A DNA stretch of 64,000 nucleotides, from positions 54,312,001 through 54,376,000 of the forward strand of contig OZ024741.1 in NCBI GenBank assembly GCA_964016885.1, written 5' to 3'. Positions within the stretch are counted from its first letter, which is position 1. Every line of letters begins with the position of its first letter. Both the position numbers and the translations under genes were made by a program. The notes below the pieces were generated by a model that was given only the letters and a program-made list of their open reading frames with translations, had not been told where the DNA came from and did not search any database. The DNA is from Eledone cirrhosa (taxonomy: Eukaryota). Below, piece by piece: positions 29,565 through 41,332 of the stretch.

Positions 29565-30343
29565 ACTATATGAACAACCGTGGGAGGGAGGGATAGAGAG
29601 GGGGAGAGAGGGGGGGGAGATATAAAGAGATAAATATAAATATATATATGTATAAAAAATAAAGATAAAGATAAAAATGACAAAAATAAAAGCAAAGAAG
29701 GGGGTGAGAAAGAGGAAAAGAAAAGATAGCCAAGAAAGGGAGGGAAGGAAGGAAGAAAACGAAGAAATAGAAGAGGGGGATATATGTATTGGTTTTGTGG
29801 GTAATTAAAAGGGTTTAGATACAACAAGAGGGTATAAACTCTAAGTATATGCAGTTTGTCAGTTGGTAGTAAGAGGTTAAGGGTTCGATTTGTAGTGCGA
29901 ACACTTCTCTTTGAGTCTATGGTTACAATAAAACAATGAAACATTCCCAGTTATGTAACTACCCTTGCAAACAAGACCTGGCAACTGAGGGAAAGTAACC
30001 ATCAATACACCCTGAAGTTGAAAACATTATCGAACGCGCCCCCATATCGGAGTGGTATGAGATGCTATCGATTTTGCGACCTTGAGCTGTTCCACATCTT
30101 GAGTTCGAAGAATAAGTTACTCAAAAATAAAATCGAAAGATCAATTTATTGTAACCATAGACTCAAAGATTAGTAAATTCTTAAATTTATAAATTTAATT
30201 TATAATAAATTGAAGTGAAAGTAACTGGTGCGTGTGTTTCTTATTGGCAACATGACCCTCCCAAAGTATAACAATATATATATATATACGTGGAAAAGTA
30301 AGAAATCGGAGAATAGACCGTTAAAACATGTTTATTTAAAACA

Positions 30344-30384
30344 GCACCTACGTACGTTTCGCCCAGTTGGGCTCTTCAAGGGCA
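30344..30384 (-). ncRNA. HHR motif, slightly decayed
   Basis: Minus strand: TGCCC-TTGAAGA-GCCC aact GGGC-GAAA-CGTACG-TA-GGTGC. Confidence 0.62.
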
Positions 30385-30699
30385 TAAATAACCAAAAGTG
30401 TTCCTTACATTGCTCGGAAAGAGTTTTTGGGGTAAAATTCACGTCACGGTTCATTGCTAGCAAAAATAGCTTGTTTTGATTATGCAGCAGGTGTTAGGGC
30501 AGACTTTCCCGGACAAATTTTTATCCGTTACAAGATGAGGTTACAACCTTACCATTGTCGATACGCACAGGCTCATGTAACCAACGCTTATTTTGAGACG
30601 TTTGTTTTTCCGCACCTGTTTGTCTGGGTCATTTGAGGCTGGGTCTGGTATGCATGGTTAGTTTCCTGGGTGTTACTTTGCAGCGCATGCCCGCCGGGT

Positions 30700-31060
30700 G
30701 TTAAAACTTGTTGCAGGGAGATCCGGTGCACGGTTTCACTCCTCATCCTTAACTCATCTGAAGAAGGATATTTTTAAGTGATGTGTACAACTTATCGCTG
30801 TTTCAGCTCTGCTGTTGATGAGATCGTGGGATGCAGTTATGATGTGGTAGAGCTCCATGAGGCAAATATCGCACTTCCTCTTGAAGTTGTACGGTGGAGC
30901 CCTGCTGACAATATCCCAGTGCGTGGAGAAGCTGATGTTTAAGTCCTTTAGTGATGTGATGTAGTCCGCGAGCGAAGTGGAGTGTCTTAGATTTTTATCT
31001 GTGAAAGAGTGGAGATGTGTTCGAAACCAAATTTTGAACGGGCCGGAGGTATCCCCTATA
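30700..31060 (-). pseudogene. Probable decayed PLE RT N-terminal fragment
   Basis: Minus strand TDKNLR (from the DKNLG-type motif) and KLYTS (from SLYT). It lies upstream of the HHR at 30344. Confidence 0.4.
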
Positions 31061-31439
31061 TAATGTTTAACGGTATTGTGGCTAGTTACAGTGCATCTAT
31101 ATATAACCCTATCAGCCTATCAGTCAACTCTAAGGGGGCAGCGTCCTCTGTCGCGGCAGTTGCAATTTCTGTCGCGGTTCCATCTATTTCCCACGGTAAG
31201 GCTATCATTGTTGCTGCCTACGTTGTTACTTACGCTCCCGCAGCTGTCGTTAGCACCATTACAACTCACAGCAAGCGGGGTGGTACGATTGTTATTCCGC
31301 ACGTCATGTCCTGCATGTTCCCCAATCATTTCGCAGTTATGCTGGTTGCGTCTGCGGAGGCCGTTGCCAGCACTATTTGACGCTGCTAGGGAGTTGTTAA
31401 GGCCGAAGGGAAAAGCATATAGGAATGAAAAATGGCGTG

Positions 31440-32492
31440 CTGTGACCTGTCTTTTTCTCTTCCCTTACTGCTATCCTCTTTCTCTTTCCCCCTTCTCTCT
31501 CCTTCTCCCTTTTACTTTCATTCACCCCCTCTGCTAGTCACCCTCTCTCGGCTGCCTCTTCCTCACACTTTCACTCACTCCCTGCTACTCACCCCCTCTC
31601 TCACTTCCTCCATCGTCCCACACCGTGCGAAATTCTTTCCTCGCTTACCTTCGCATGGTTGGAATGTGTCTCTCGTCTTCTCGTCAATATTCTCAAGTTC
31701 TTATGTTCAAATGAATCATTGACTTGATTTTCTCATTTATTCCTCTCTTTTCGTTACCTCACCATTCACGTTTGTTTACCTGTCGCTCTTTCTCCACCCA
31801 ATTCTTTTTATCCCAATAACTTATTTTAGTTATTGCTCGCGCTAGCCTGAGGTACCTGATCTTTAATGCAAAGAAATACGTATGATGGCTAGTAGACCAC
31901 TATTGATGGATAGTCTTGGTTTCTATTTCTTATCTGTTGTATATCACATATGCAACAACACAGCACGACATTTTTCATTCCTATATGCTTTCCCCTTCCC
32001 TGTGACCTGTCTTATTCTCTTCCCTTACTGCTATCCTCTTTCTCTCTCTCCCTATCTTTCCTTCTCCCTCTTACTTTCATTCACACCCTCTGCTAGTCAC
32101 CCTCTCTCGGCTAGCCTCTTCCTCACACTTTGACTCACTCACTCTCTGCTACTCACCCTCTCTCTCACTTCCTCCATCGTCCCACACCGTGCGAAATTCT
32201 TTCCTCGCTTACCTTCGCTTGGTTGGAATGTGTCTCTCGTCTTCTCGTCAATATTCTCAAGTTCATATGTTCAAATGAATCATTGACTTGATTTTTTCAT
32301 TTATTCCTCTCTTTACGTTACCTCACCATTCATGTTTGTATACCTGTCTCTCTTTCTCCACCCAATTCTTTTTATCCCAATAACTTATTTTAGTTATTTT
32401 TCGCGCTAGCCTGAGATATCTGGTCTTTAATGCGAAGAAATAACTATGATGGCTAGTAGACCACTGTTGATGGATTGTCCTGGCTTCTATTT
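31440..32492 (+). repeat. About 560-bp tandem duplication, probably paired pLTRs with eroded HHRs
   Basis: 31440-31930 is repeated at 32000-32492. Each copy has CTAGC-CTGAG..GAAATA..-GCTAG (31841-31892 and 32405-32456). Confidence 0.8.
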
Positions 32493-32511
32493 CTAATTCT
32501 TCATTTTAATT

Positions 32512-32576
<65 letters not shown>

Positions 32577-32751
32577 GTGTCCACGGTAAGTTGTGGGGGT
32601 CTACTCTGCATGAAATACTCGATGTAATCCATATGTTGAAAATGTTGTAGGTTAAGATAAATCTCGGAAAACAATAAAACATTAAAGGGAAAACAGAGTC
32701 ATGATATAAGTTAAAACAATGAAATAAAAAATCAAGTTATTAAAGATATAC

Positions 32752-32972
32752 TTCACTGCTTTACTATCGTTTCTAGATGATAATAATACATTGTAGCTAT
32801 ACACCGTTATTGATCTGTGTAAGGTTAGTTACAAAATATCAGATAAAGAGAATATTTACTTACATGCATATCACCAGCTGTTTTCAAAAGCAATAACTAA
32901 CCTTACATAGATCAAAAACGGAGTATAGCTACAATGTATTATCATCATCTAGAAACGATCGTAAAGCAGTTA
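32752..32972. repeat. Foldback cassette with HHR 3' halves
   Basis: 32752-32831 is inverted at 32894-32972. The arms end in TAGAAACGATCGTA, as in the 25990 HHR family. Confidence 0.85.
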
Positions 32973-32976
32973 TATG

Positions 32977-33106
<130 letters not shown>

Positions 33107-33604
33107 TTTCCACATTCCCGAATATTTTTCGCGGATATAGAGGTTATCTCCCTTGCTGGATTCCATGTGCGTTTTCAGCTAGGGTTGGCTTTTTTATTCG
33201 TCTGGACAAAGCTCGTTGATAAAGTATTTCCTGTCCGCCGCTCTCTAGAAGTCTTATATATTTTTATGTGGGCTGATAGTGGGCGGTTTAAGGATTTACA
33301 GAAACCCAAGAAGCTAGATTTACCATCTTTCTAGTGGGTCCGGGTAAGCTTTTTACATTCACATGATTTATTGATTTATTGATATTTTATCTGAGTAACC
33401 CGAATCTTCCTGATCGTAATTTTTCGGTCGTATGGTTGATTTTAGACATGATCTATGTGTGTTGGTATTTTAACGATAGTTATAGCTCTGATTTATCTGA
33501 ATTATTGAGCCCTCTGCCACTCATGTCGAATTTTGTTTATCGTGAACTCGTGCGCCGATTTTTCGATACTCGATTATTCTACTATATATATATATATACA
33601 TATA

Positions 33605-35332
33605 ACTTTGATAGGTTTCGGCCAGTATTGGCCCAGGCCATGTCTAACTTAATAGTACCACCTGGCGAAGTCTTACAAATCAGTGTTTGGGCAACATGGG
33701 CCACTCGAGCAGAGAGTTATTGTTTACGGAGGCATATCCGGGTGTAGGAGGCTTATCCGGGATTTCTTGAAGGAATTTATCCAAAGACTTCTTGAACTTG
33801 ATGGGGTCTGTCTCTGCTTTGATGTGATTTGGTGTAATGTTAAAGAGTGCAGGGCCAATTGAGGTGAAATAATTGTACCGTATTGTTGTTATATGATGCG
33901 AGTGGGATTTTTGTCGTGGGTGGATAGGACGGGGCCCAAGCCTTGCGTGTACACTAAAGATGATGTAGCGGTCACGACGAAGTTGAAGAGAATAAAGTTT
34001 GAGCTTTTCTAATCGACCCCAATAGTCAAGGTCTGTCATGCCAACTATCTTTTTTGTAATTGACCTTTGGGGTGCTTCAACTTTCATGATACTTTGTTTC
34101 GTGTGGGGTGACCACAGTGGACAATAGTATTCAAGGTGGGGTCGGGCAAAAGTGGAGAAGAAAAGGAGATAGTGTGGATATCTCTCGACTGGAACGTTCT
34201 GAGAATCCAGGAACACATTCTGCGGGCCATATCAACTTTGCTGTTTATATGCGTGGCCCAGCTTATATTGTTGTCCACAATTACTCCCAGGTCTCTGATG
34301 TTATTGGAAGCCACCAGAGTTTCACCCGAAGGAAGAGAGTATGGTAGTTTCAGAGCATCCTTTTTTCCAAAGTGGATTAGTTCAAATTTATCCTCATTCA
34401 ACAGCATATTATTCATCTCTGCCCATTGGATAACAGCCAGTAGGTCTGACTGAAGGCAAGTCCGGTCACCCACCTCATTGATGACCCTTTGGAGCTTGGA
34501 ATCATCTGCGAAGATTCTGATGTTACTGTGTTTGATGATGTCAGTAATGTCATTAATGTAGATGATGAAAAGAAGTGGGCCCAACACAGTGCTTTGTGGG
34601 ACGCCACTGCGGACTTTGGCAGGGCTTGATTCTACTCCTTCGATTACACATGCTGGGTTCTGCCTGTCAGGAAACATTTGATCCACTGTAGTAACCTTCC
34701 AGAGACACCAACATTGGATAGTTTTTTAGAGTAGAATCTTATGATCAACCCTGTCGAAGGCCTTGCTGAAATCAAGGTAGATGACATCAGTGTTGGAGCC
34801 CTCTCCCAAGGCTCTCAAAACATCGTCAAAGTGATGCAGGAGCTGCGTTAGGCAGTCCCTTCCATTACGGAACCCATGTTGGTTGGAGTTCAGTAGGCTG
34901 TTGCTTTCAAGAAACTGGGTTATTCGTGATCTCACCACCCTCTCAAATACCTTGATAATATGAGAGGTGAGTGAGATCGGACGGTAGTTCACTGCAAGGG
35001 ACTTATTTCCCTTTTTAAAGACTGGGACAACGGACTGGGACAGAGAGTTTTCAGGAATATAGCCAGTGTCCAGTGAGTTCCTCCATAGATTAGCAAGAGG
35101 AGTTGCAAGTTGGTGTCGACAAACCTTCAGGACACAAGCAAGGAAACTGTCGAGGCCTACTGCTGAATTGTGTTTAATTTCGTTTATTGCCGCTAAGACA
35201 TCAGGGGCGCCAAACGTTATGTCTGATATAGTGTGTTGGGGGTTAATATCACTTATACGGCCCAGATCGACCATATCAGGGTTACTGAAAACAGAGCAGT
35301 ATTGTTTCTGTAGTATCTCGCCCATGGTTTTG
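33605..35332 (-). mobile_element. 5'-truncated CR1-type LINE (RT and 3' end)
   Basis: NYRPISLTS, QHGFR, YLDFSKAFDRVDH, SGVPQSTVLGPLLF, IFADDSK and RPHLEY. The 3' UTR has a GGCCA-atac-TGGCC hairpin. Confidence 0.92.
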
Positions 35333-38224
35333 GCAATGCACGTAGTCTATGCAATAAGATTCATCTTTTTGACTCCTACGTCAAAAGTATCAACCCTGAC
35401 TTCATTACAGTCACGGAAACTTGGGCACATCCCTTACTCTGTGATGGGGTTTTCAGCATGACTGGCTACAACCTGTTTCGTAAAGACCGCATTAATCGTG
35501 GTGGTGGTGGTGTAATGGTCTACGTTCGGTCAAATCTGTCGGCAATTCCTTGTGTTGATTTGAACCAATCACAGCAGGAAGTTTTTTTCTGCGATATACG
35601 TATGACCATGTCAACACTGCTACTTGGAGTCGTTTACCGTTCCCCAAATTACCATCAGGACACTCAACTTCGTGATATCCTCAGAGCTGCTGTCAGGAGG
35701 ACAGCCACTTATGTTTTCATTGCAGGAGACTTCAATCACCCTGAGATTGACTGGGAAACCTTTTGTTGGCCTCAAGTGCAAATGACTTCCTTGAGCTAGT
35801 GCTGGACTCGAGTTGGTCCCAAGTGGTCACCTCTCCAACAAGAGGTGACAACACTTTGGACCTACTCTTCACCGCTATTCCTGATACGGTTATTAGTGTT
35901 ACTGCTGAGGAACGTTTAGGTGACTCTGATCATGCTATGATCATTGCCAATCTATCCCTCATGGGCAGTAACAAGAACCACAACCATCTCCAAACTGCTC
36001 ACTTTGACTGGAATAAGGCAGACTGGAACTGTTACTGCACCGAGTTACAACGGCCAAACTGGCTTGAGTTCTACGACACTGGAGATGTCAACACTGTACT
36101 CCAGAACATCCTGAGCTCAATATGGACAGCATGTGCAGCATTGGTGCCACGTAAGCGGAAAAAACATCCCAACAGTGCAATTTGGAAGACTACAGCAGTC
36201 CGTCTTGCCAGAAAAGAACGGCACAATGCTGAATGCGAGTACAAACTGCATAAATCAGACATTAATAGGAAGAGGCGAAATAGATCGGCCAACCACCTCA
36301 AACAGGTGACAAAAATAGGCAGTGCTTCAATTTGAGCAGCGCATAGCAACCAGCCCTGACAGTAAGGTGTTCTGGAAGTATGTTCACTCAAAGCAGAGGC
36401 CTCACTCTCCAGTTGGTCCTCTTCGCAATCCCCACACAAGCCAGGTTACTGACGACCCCAAGGAATGCGCAGAGCTCATTGCTGAATGCTATGCAGGCAT
36501 TTTCACTATTGAAGAACAGAGTGTACCATCTCCACCACCTATGACACCGGACTCTATTACAACCATGGAATTTATACCTGCAATGCTGCGACGTCACCTA
36601 AAAAATAAACGCAACTATGCCTCTGCTGGTCTTGATGGTGTTACGTATCTGCTTCTTAAACGTGGTGGGTACTTCGTTCTGCACCAGTTATCACGCTTCT
36701 TCCAATTCTGTCTGAACAACAGTGCTACTCCAGAACAGTGGAAAACTGCCAGTGTCATTCCTCTGTTCAAAAAGGGTGACCGCAAATCACCTGTGAACTA
36801 TCGTCCAGTCAGTTTTACTAGTTGCATCGCCAAACTGATGGAATCCTGTGTCAGAGGAACACTTTGGAACTTCTGGAGCTCTCACAGTCTTATCCGGCCC
36901 TAGCAATTTGGATTTATCCCAAACTCCATCTGCTGTGATCAACTTATAGAGTTTCTTGAGTACATCACCCGGATCACTGATGGCGGCTCATTGGTGGATG
37001 TTGTTTACCTTGACTTTGCGAAAGCCTTCAATTCTGTGCCACACAAAAGGCTCATGACAAAACTCTCTGCAATGGGTGTGAAGGATGATCTTTTTAACTG
37101 GTTGAAGTCCTTCATTCTCAGTCGAAGAGAGGTAGTCACGGTTCTGGGACAGCATTCCTCACCATATGAGATGTCATCTGGTGTACCACAGGGATCTGTT
37201 CTTGGCCCCCTTTTGTTTGTGGCATATATTAATGACATAGATGCCAACTCAAAGAATGCCACGTAGATGATATCAAGCTGTACCTTGAGATAAAAAGGAC
37301 AGATCCTGAACACTATAGATCTTGCTTGCAGTGTGACCTGGACACAATGCAACAATGGATCTCAGACTGGCAACTCAAGCTAGCTGTGGACAAGTGCACC
37401 ACCATGCATTTTGGAAGTAAAAACCCAGTGTCCACATACTCCCTCCACAGCACTAATATGAAGAAGTCTTCTTATGAACGTGACCTGGGCATTACGGTCA
37501 GCAGCGATTTGCGTTGGACGAAGCACGTCTCTAAAATTGTCAAGAGGGCCGAGGGTGTCTTAGCATCACTCAGCAAGACGTTTGTCAGCCGCTCTCCAGA
37601 TATCTATTTAAGGCTATACATGGCTATGGTGCGGCCAGACTTAGAATTTGCATCACCAGTCTGGTACCCCTATCTTGCTCAGAACATTGACAGCCTGGAA
37701 ATTGTTCAGAGACGTGCAACCCAGCGAATACCTTCCATCAGGCATCTACCATACTCTGAGCGCCTTGCTTCCCTGGGCTTGGATACATTGAAGCTCCGAC
37801 GCCTGGCAACTGACTTGGTAAACACCCACAAAATTGTTAACCATCTTGCCAACAACAACCCTGAGTACCTTTTTGATTTTTATGTGTCTAACACACATGG
37901 ACATGCCCACAAATTCATAAAACAGCACAGTTCCCATGACTTTCGGAAACATATTTTCACGCTCAGAGTTGCTGAAGCATGGAACAAACTACCTGCATCA
38001 GTTGTTGGCTGTCGAGACACTGCATCCTTTAAGGCCTCCATGCTTCCCGAGATCCGCCAACACTACAACTAATGTTCCCCCTCCATACACATACACATAT
38101 GTATACCATGACTCATACACTATTCACTTCCCTGACATTTGTGTATTGTTCTATGTACTATACATACACCTTTGACGAGTTGTAGTGCACCGGAGCACTT
38201 TACACAATAATTTCATTATTATTT
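35328..38224 (+). mobile_element. CR1-type LINE, near-complete ORF2 (APE and RT) with a few lesions
   Basis: NARSLCNK, VTETW, GDFNHPEIDW, TLDLLF, SDH, YLDFAKAF, SGVPQGSVLGPLLF and RPDLEFAS. Stops at 36333 and 36901 plus frameshifts. Ends in an ATT-rich tail. Confidence 0.93.
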
Positions 38225-38300
38225 AAATAGATACATATATTCACATACACACACACATACATATATATATATACACATACACATACATAAATACACATAT

Positions 38301-38349
<49 letters not shown>

Positions 38350-38594
38350 TACACACATATATACACACATATATACATACATATACACAAACATACACAT
38401 ACATACATATATACATAAATATATATACGCACATATATACACACACATATACAAACACACATATATATATATATATAAATATATATATAAAAATAAATAC
38501 ATACATACACAGATATATACATATATACATATATACACATACATACATATACACATACACATATACATACATATATATATACATACATATATAT

Positions 38595-38638
<44 letters not shown>

Positions 38639-38648
38639 CTATATATAT

Positions 38649-38713
<65 letters not shown>

Positions 38714-39079
38714 TATACTTACACACACACACACACACACACACAGACACATATATATATATATATATACACTCACATATACATACATATACACACATAT
38801 GCATATATATATATATACAAATAAATACTCATAAATATACGCATATACACAGGCACATAAAAACAGCTCTACAGGCAGAAAATGCAGATAGGTAAGAGGT
38901 ACTCACATAACCATAGTGGCCGTATTTCAGGTTGAGGAGGGGTGGGTGGGGTGGGAAGGAGTTAGAGGGGCTAAAAGGGGGAAGTCGTTTTTAGTATACA
39001 TATAATAGAGGTACTTCCATCCAACAATTGAATATGATTGCTTTTGCATCCACGCCACAGAGGACACTGCCTCTTCGCC

Positions 39080-39560
39080 TCTGCCTCACCACAGACCTGA
39101 TACCCTACTCTAATCCTACCTAAACTTCTGCCACCTCACTTCAACGGACCATTTATCTATGGAAATTATGTTTCACCTGATTTCACTCTACCATTTACAA
39201 TATTTATGAATACCCTCCCCGACAGCAATATGCTTAAGCTTCTAGTGTATAATTTATTTTTCCTTCGCTGCACCGATCCTAAATATTTTGCTTCCTAACA
39301 CCAATATTGTCTAATTGATGTCCCTTAAATCAGAATATCACTAGCATACACATTCCGAACTCATCTCTTCTTGCCTCTGAATTTCTTCAATCACACTGCT
39401 AAGAAAATCATTTACTGTATAGAATACCAATTCTGCAGTTTATGAATATTACAAAATCAGGTGATTAACAGATTGTTGTAGAGAACACATTTTAGACTTC
39501 CATTGCATCAATTATCCTGATCACATCTGTCTTCATTTGCAGTGTTGTTTTACAAGGCGG
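39080..39560 (+). pseudogene. Highly decayed PLE GIY-YIG fragment
   Basis: KIIYCIEYQFC...REH resembles NVIYxIxCxxC...REH. Confidence 0.4.
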
Positions 39561-39648
39561 ATGTCATGTCTCAGTATTTATTACTTAGTGTAAAACAATT
39601 TATTTTCACTAAAATAGTGTCTGTTCGGTTGGGAAATATTATCTAGTG

Positions 39649-39960
39649 TGGGCGCAGCATGGCTCCATGGTTAGAGGATCGCTTCGCAATCATGATGTAC
39701 CCGGTTCGATCCCACTGCATGGCATATTGGGCTTGTGAAATTGTACATAGCCTCGTGTCGAGTCATATCCTGTTGGTGCAGCCTGGTAAACGAAAGCCCG
39801 TCGGATGAACTGTATCCAAATCAAATATCCACCCTTATTACACACTATGTCACACCGAATATACCTCAGAATTATGTTATGGCTTCAACGTTAATTTCTC
39901 GAGCAGGCAGTTTAGTTGATCGAACACCTGAAACATTCATCCTCGAAACCGATGTTGGTC
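39649..39960 (+). mobile_element. tRNA-derived SINE of a second family
   Basis: A-box TGGCTCCATGG and B-box GGTTCGATCCC, followed by a non-tRNA body. Confidence 0.7.
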
Positions 39961-40859
39961 TGTCATGCGCGTCATCGCTTTGTCTGTAGTCAATATATGG
40001 GGATGGTTTTGCTCTACGATCTCCAATTATAATTACGATTCATAATTGTGTTACCAACCCTCAGAAAACAAAACATTTGAACTACGTTCAAGACCCTTAA
40101 TTGATAAAAGAATCGTGTTTTGGTCATTGTCACCGGGCAGTAATCTATATACCAAATTCTGGTTGCTACGTATGACTACGAGGACTGGTTGACTATTGGC
40201 AGTTTTCTTCATGAGAACTGTACAGGGTTTAATACCTTAATTGCTGTTCCTATAAGTACACTACTAGTTCCTGTTAACCCTTTCATAGCAAACAGCCTGA
40301 AACTGCACCAGCTGCACATTAATCTATTTGTTTTTAAATCTTTGTATTTATCTAAAAACAAAAACGTCCGCCATAAATTTAATTATTGTTTTGTTCGGTC
40401 CCTTGTTAACAGCAACAACTGCAACAACAATCAACCAACTTTACACTTACGAAATAAGGAGCTTCTACCTGAACAATCTACCTGATGGAAACAACAACCA
40501 AATCCACTTCAAATCAAAAACCTACTGCATTAAAAGCAAGAGTGGTCCGTTTAATAAAGTAGTCATACGTAAAGTAAAACTGACAAACTGATACGGTCAG
40601 AGTTGGAACGAAATCGACCATATTTCGCTCATGACATTATCGCTAACCTCCAGCATCCATACCAACAACTTTTCTGTAAATACCTACAAAGATTAGATGG
40701 ACAATATATTGTCAAAGATCTACCTAATCTGAAGTAGATCTTTCGTTACAAGGAAACTACAATAAGATTCAACAACAGAAACATTACACGTCAGATATAT
40801 ATATATTTCGTTGACGTAGCTTGATGGAACATACAACTACTGATATACTCATGTTTATA

Positions 40860-40906
40860 AGCTCTGAAGATCCCTGCCATGGTGTATGGATGAAACACTG
40901 TTAGCT
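40860..40906 (+). ncRNA. Minimal HHR at the end of a decayed PLE (about 40020-40930)
   Basis: AGCT-CTGAAGA-TCC..GGAT-GAAA-CACTG-TT-AGCT, followed by AATAAA and (TA)n. Confidence 0.62.
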
Positions 40907-40970
40907 AATAAAACTATGTATTTCTAAGCACTCTATGGTTATTCCTATAACTATATATATATATATATAT

Positions 40971-41136
<166 letters not shown>

Positions 41137-41332
41137 ATATCTTGAAGCTGATTATTAAAAACTAGAAAACTACAACGATTCAACAATAGTAACGTTTATA
41201 GTCCCTGTGTTAAATTTTATAAATCAATTGTATGCCTCCTATTGTCGTCATTTTTCTGTTTCTTTTTCATTTTCTCTCATTTTCACTTTTGCTTGTGTTC
41301 CCTAACTGGTGTATTTCATGGATGGTGTATTT

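Larger units (their letters stand above)
28591..30276 (+). mobile_element. PLE GIY-YIG fragment with an inverted pLTR upstream
   Basis: About 29005-29450 encodes KIVERPGT..CIIC..NCKTRNIVYSIRC..YIGETARSIGERLNEH..RQITEA..LNRKHEW. 28591-28685 is inverted at 30180-30276, and 28731-28830 at about 29488-29581. Confidence 0.88.

Noticed and set aside
33608-33640. GGCC..GGCC-GAAA-CCTA-TC as a hammerhead
   Set aside because: There is no CTGANGA core. It is better explained as the 3' UTR hairpin of the CR1-type LINE.
39649-39730. tRNA gene
   Set aside because: A and B boxes are present, but there is no clean cloverleaf or terminator, and it continues into a SINE body.
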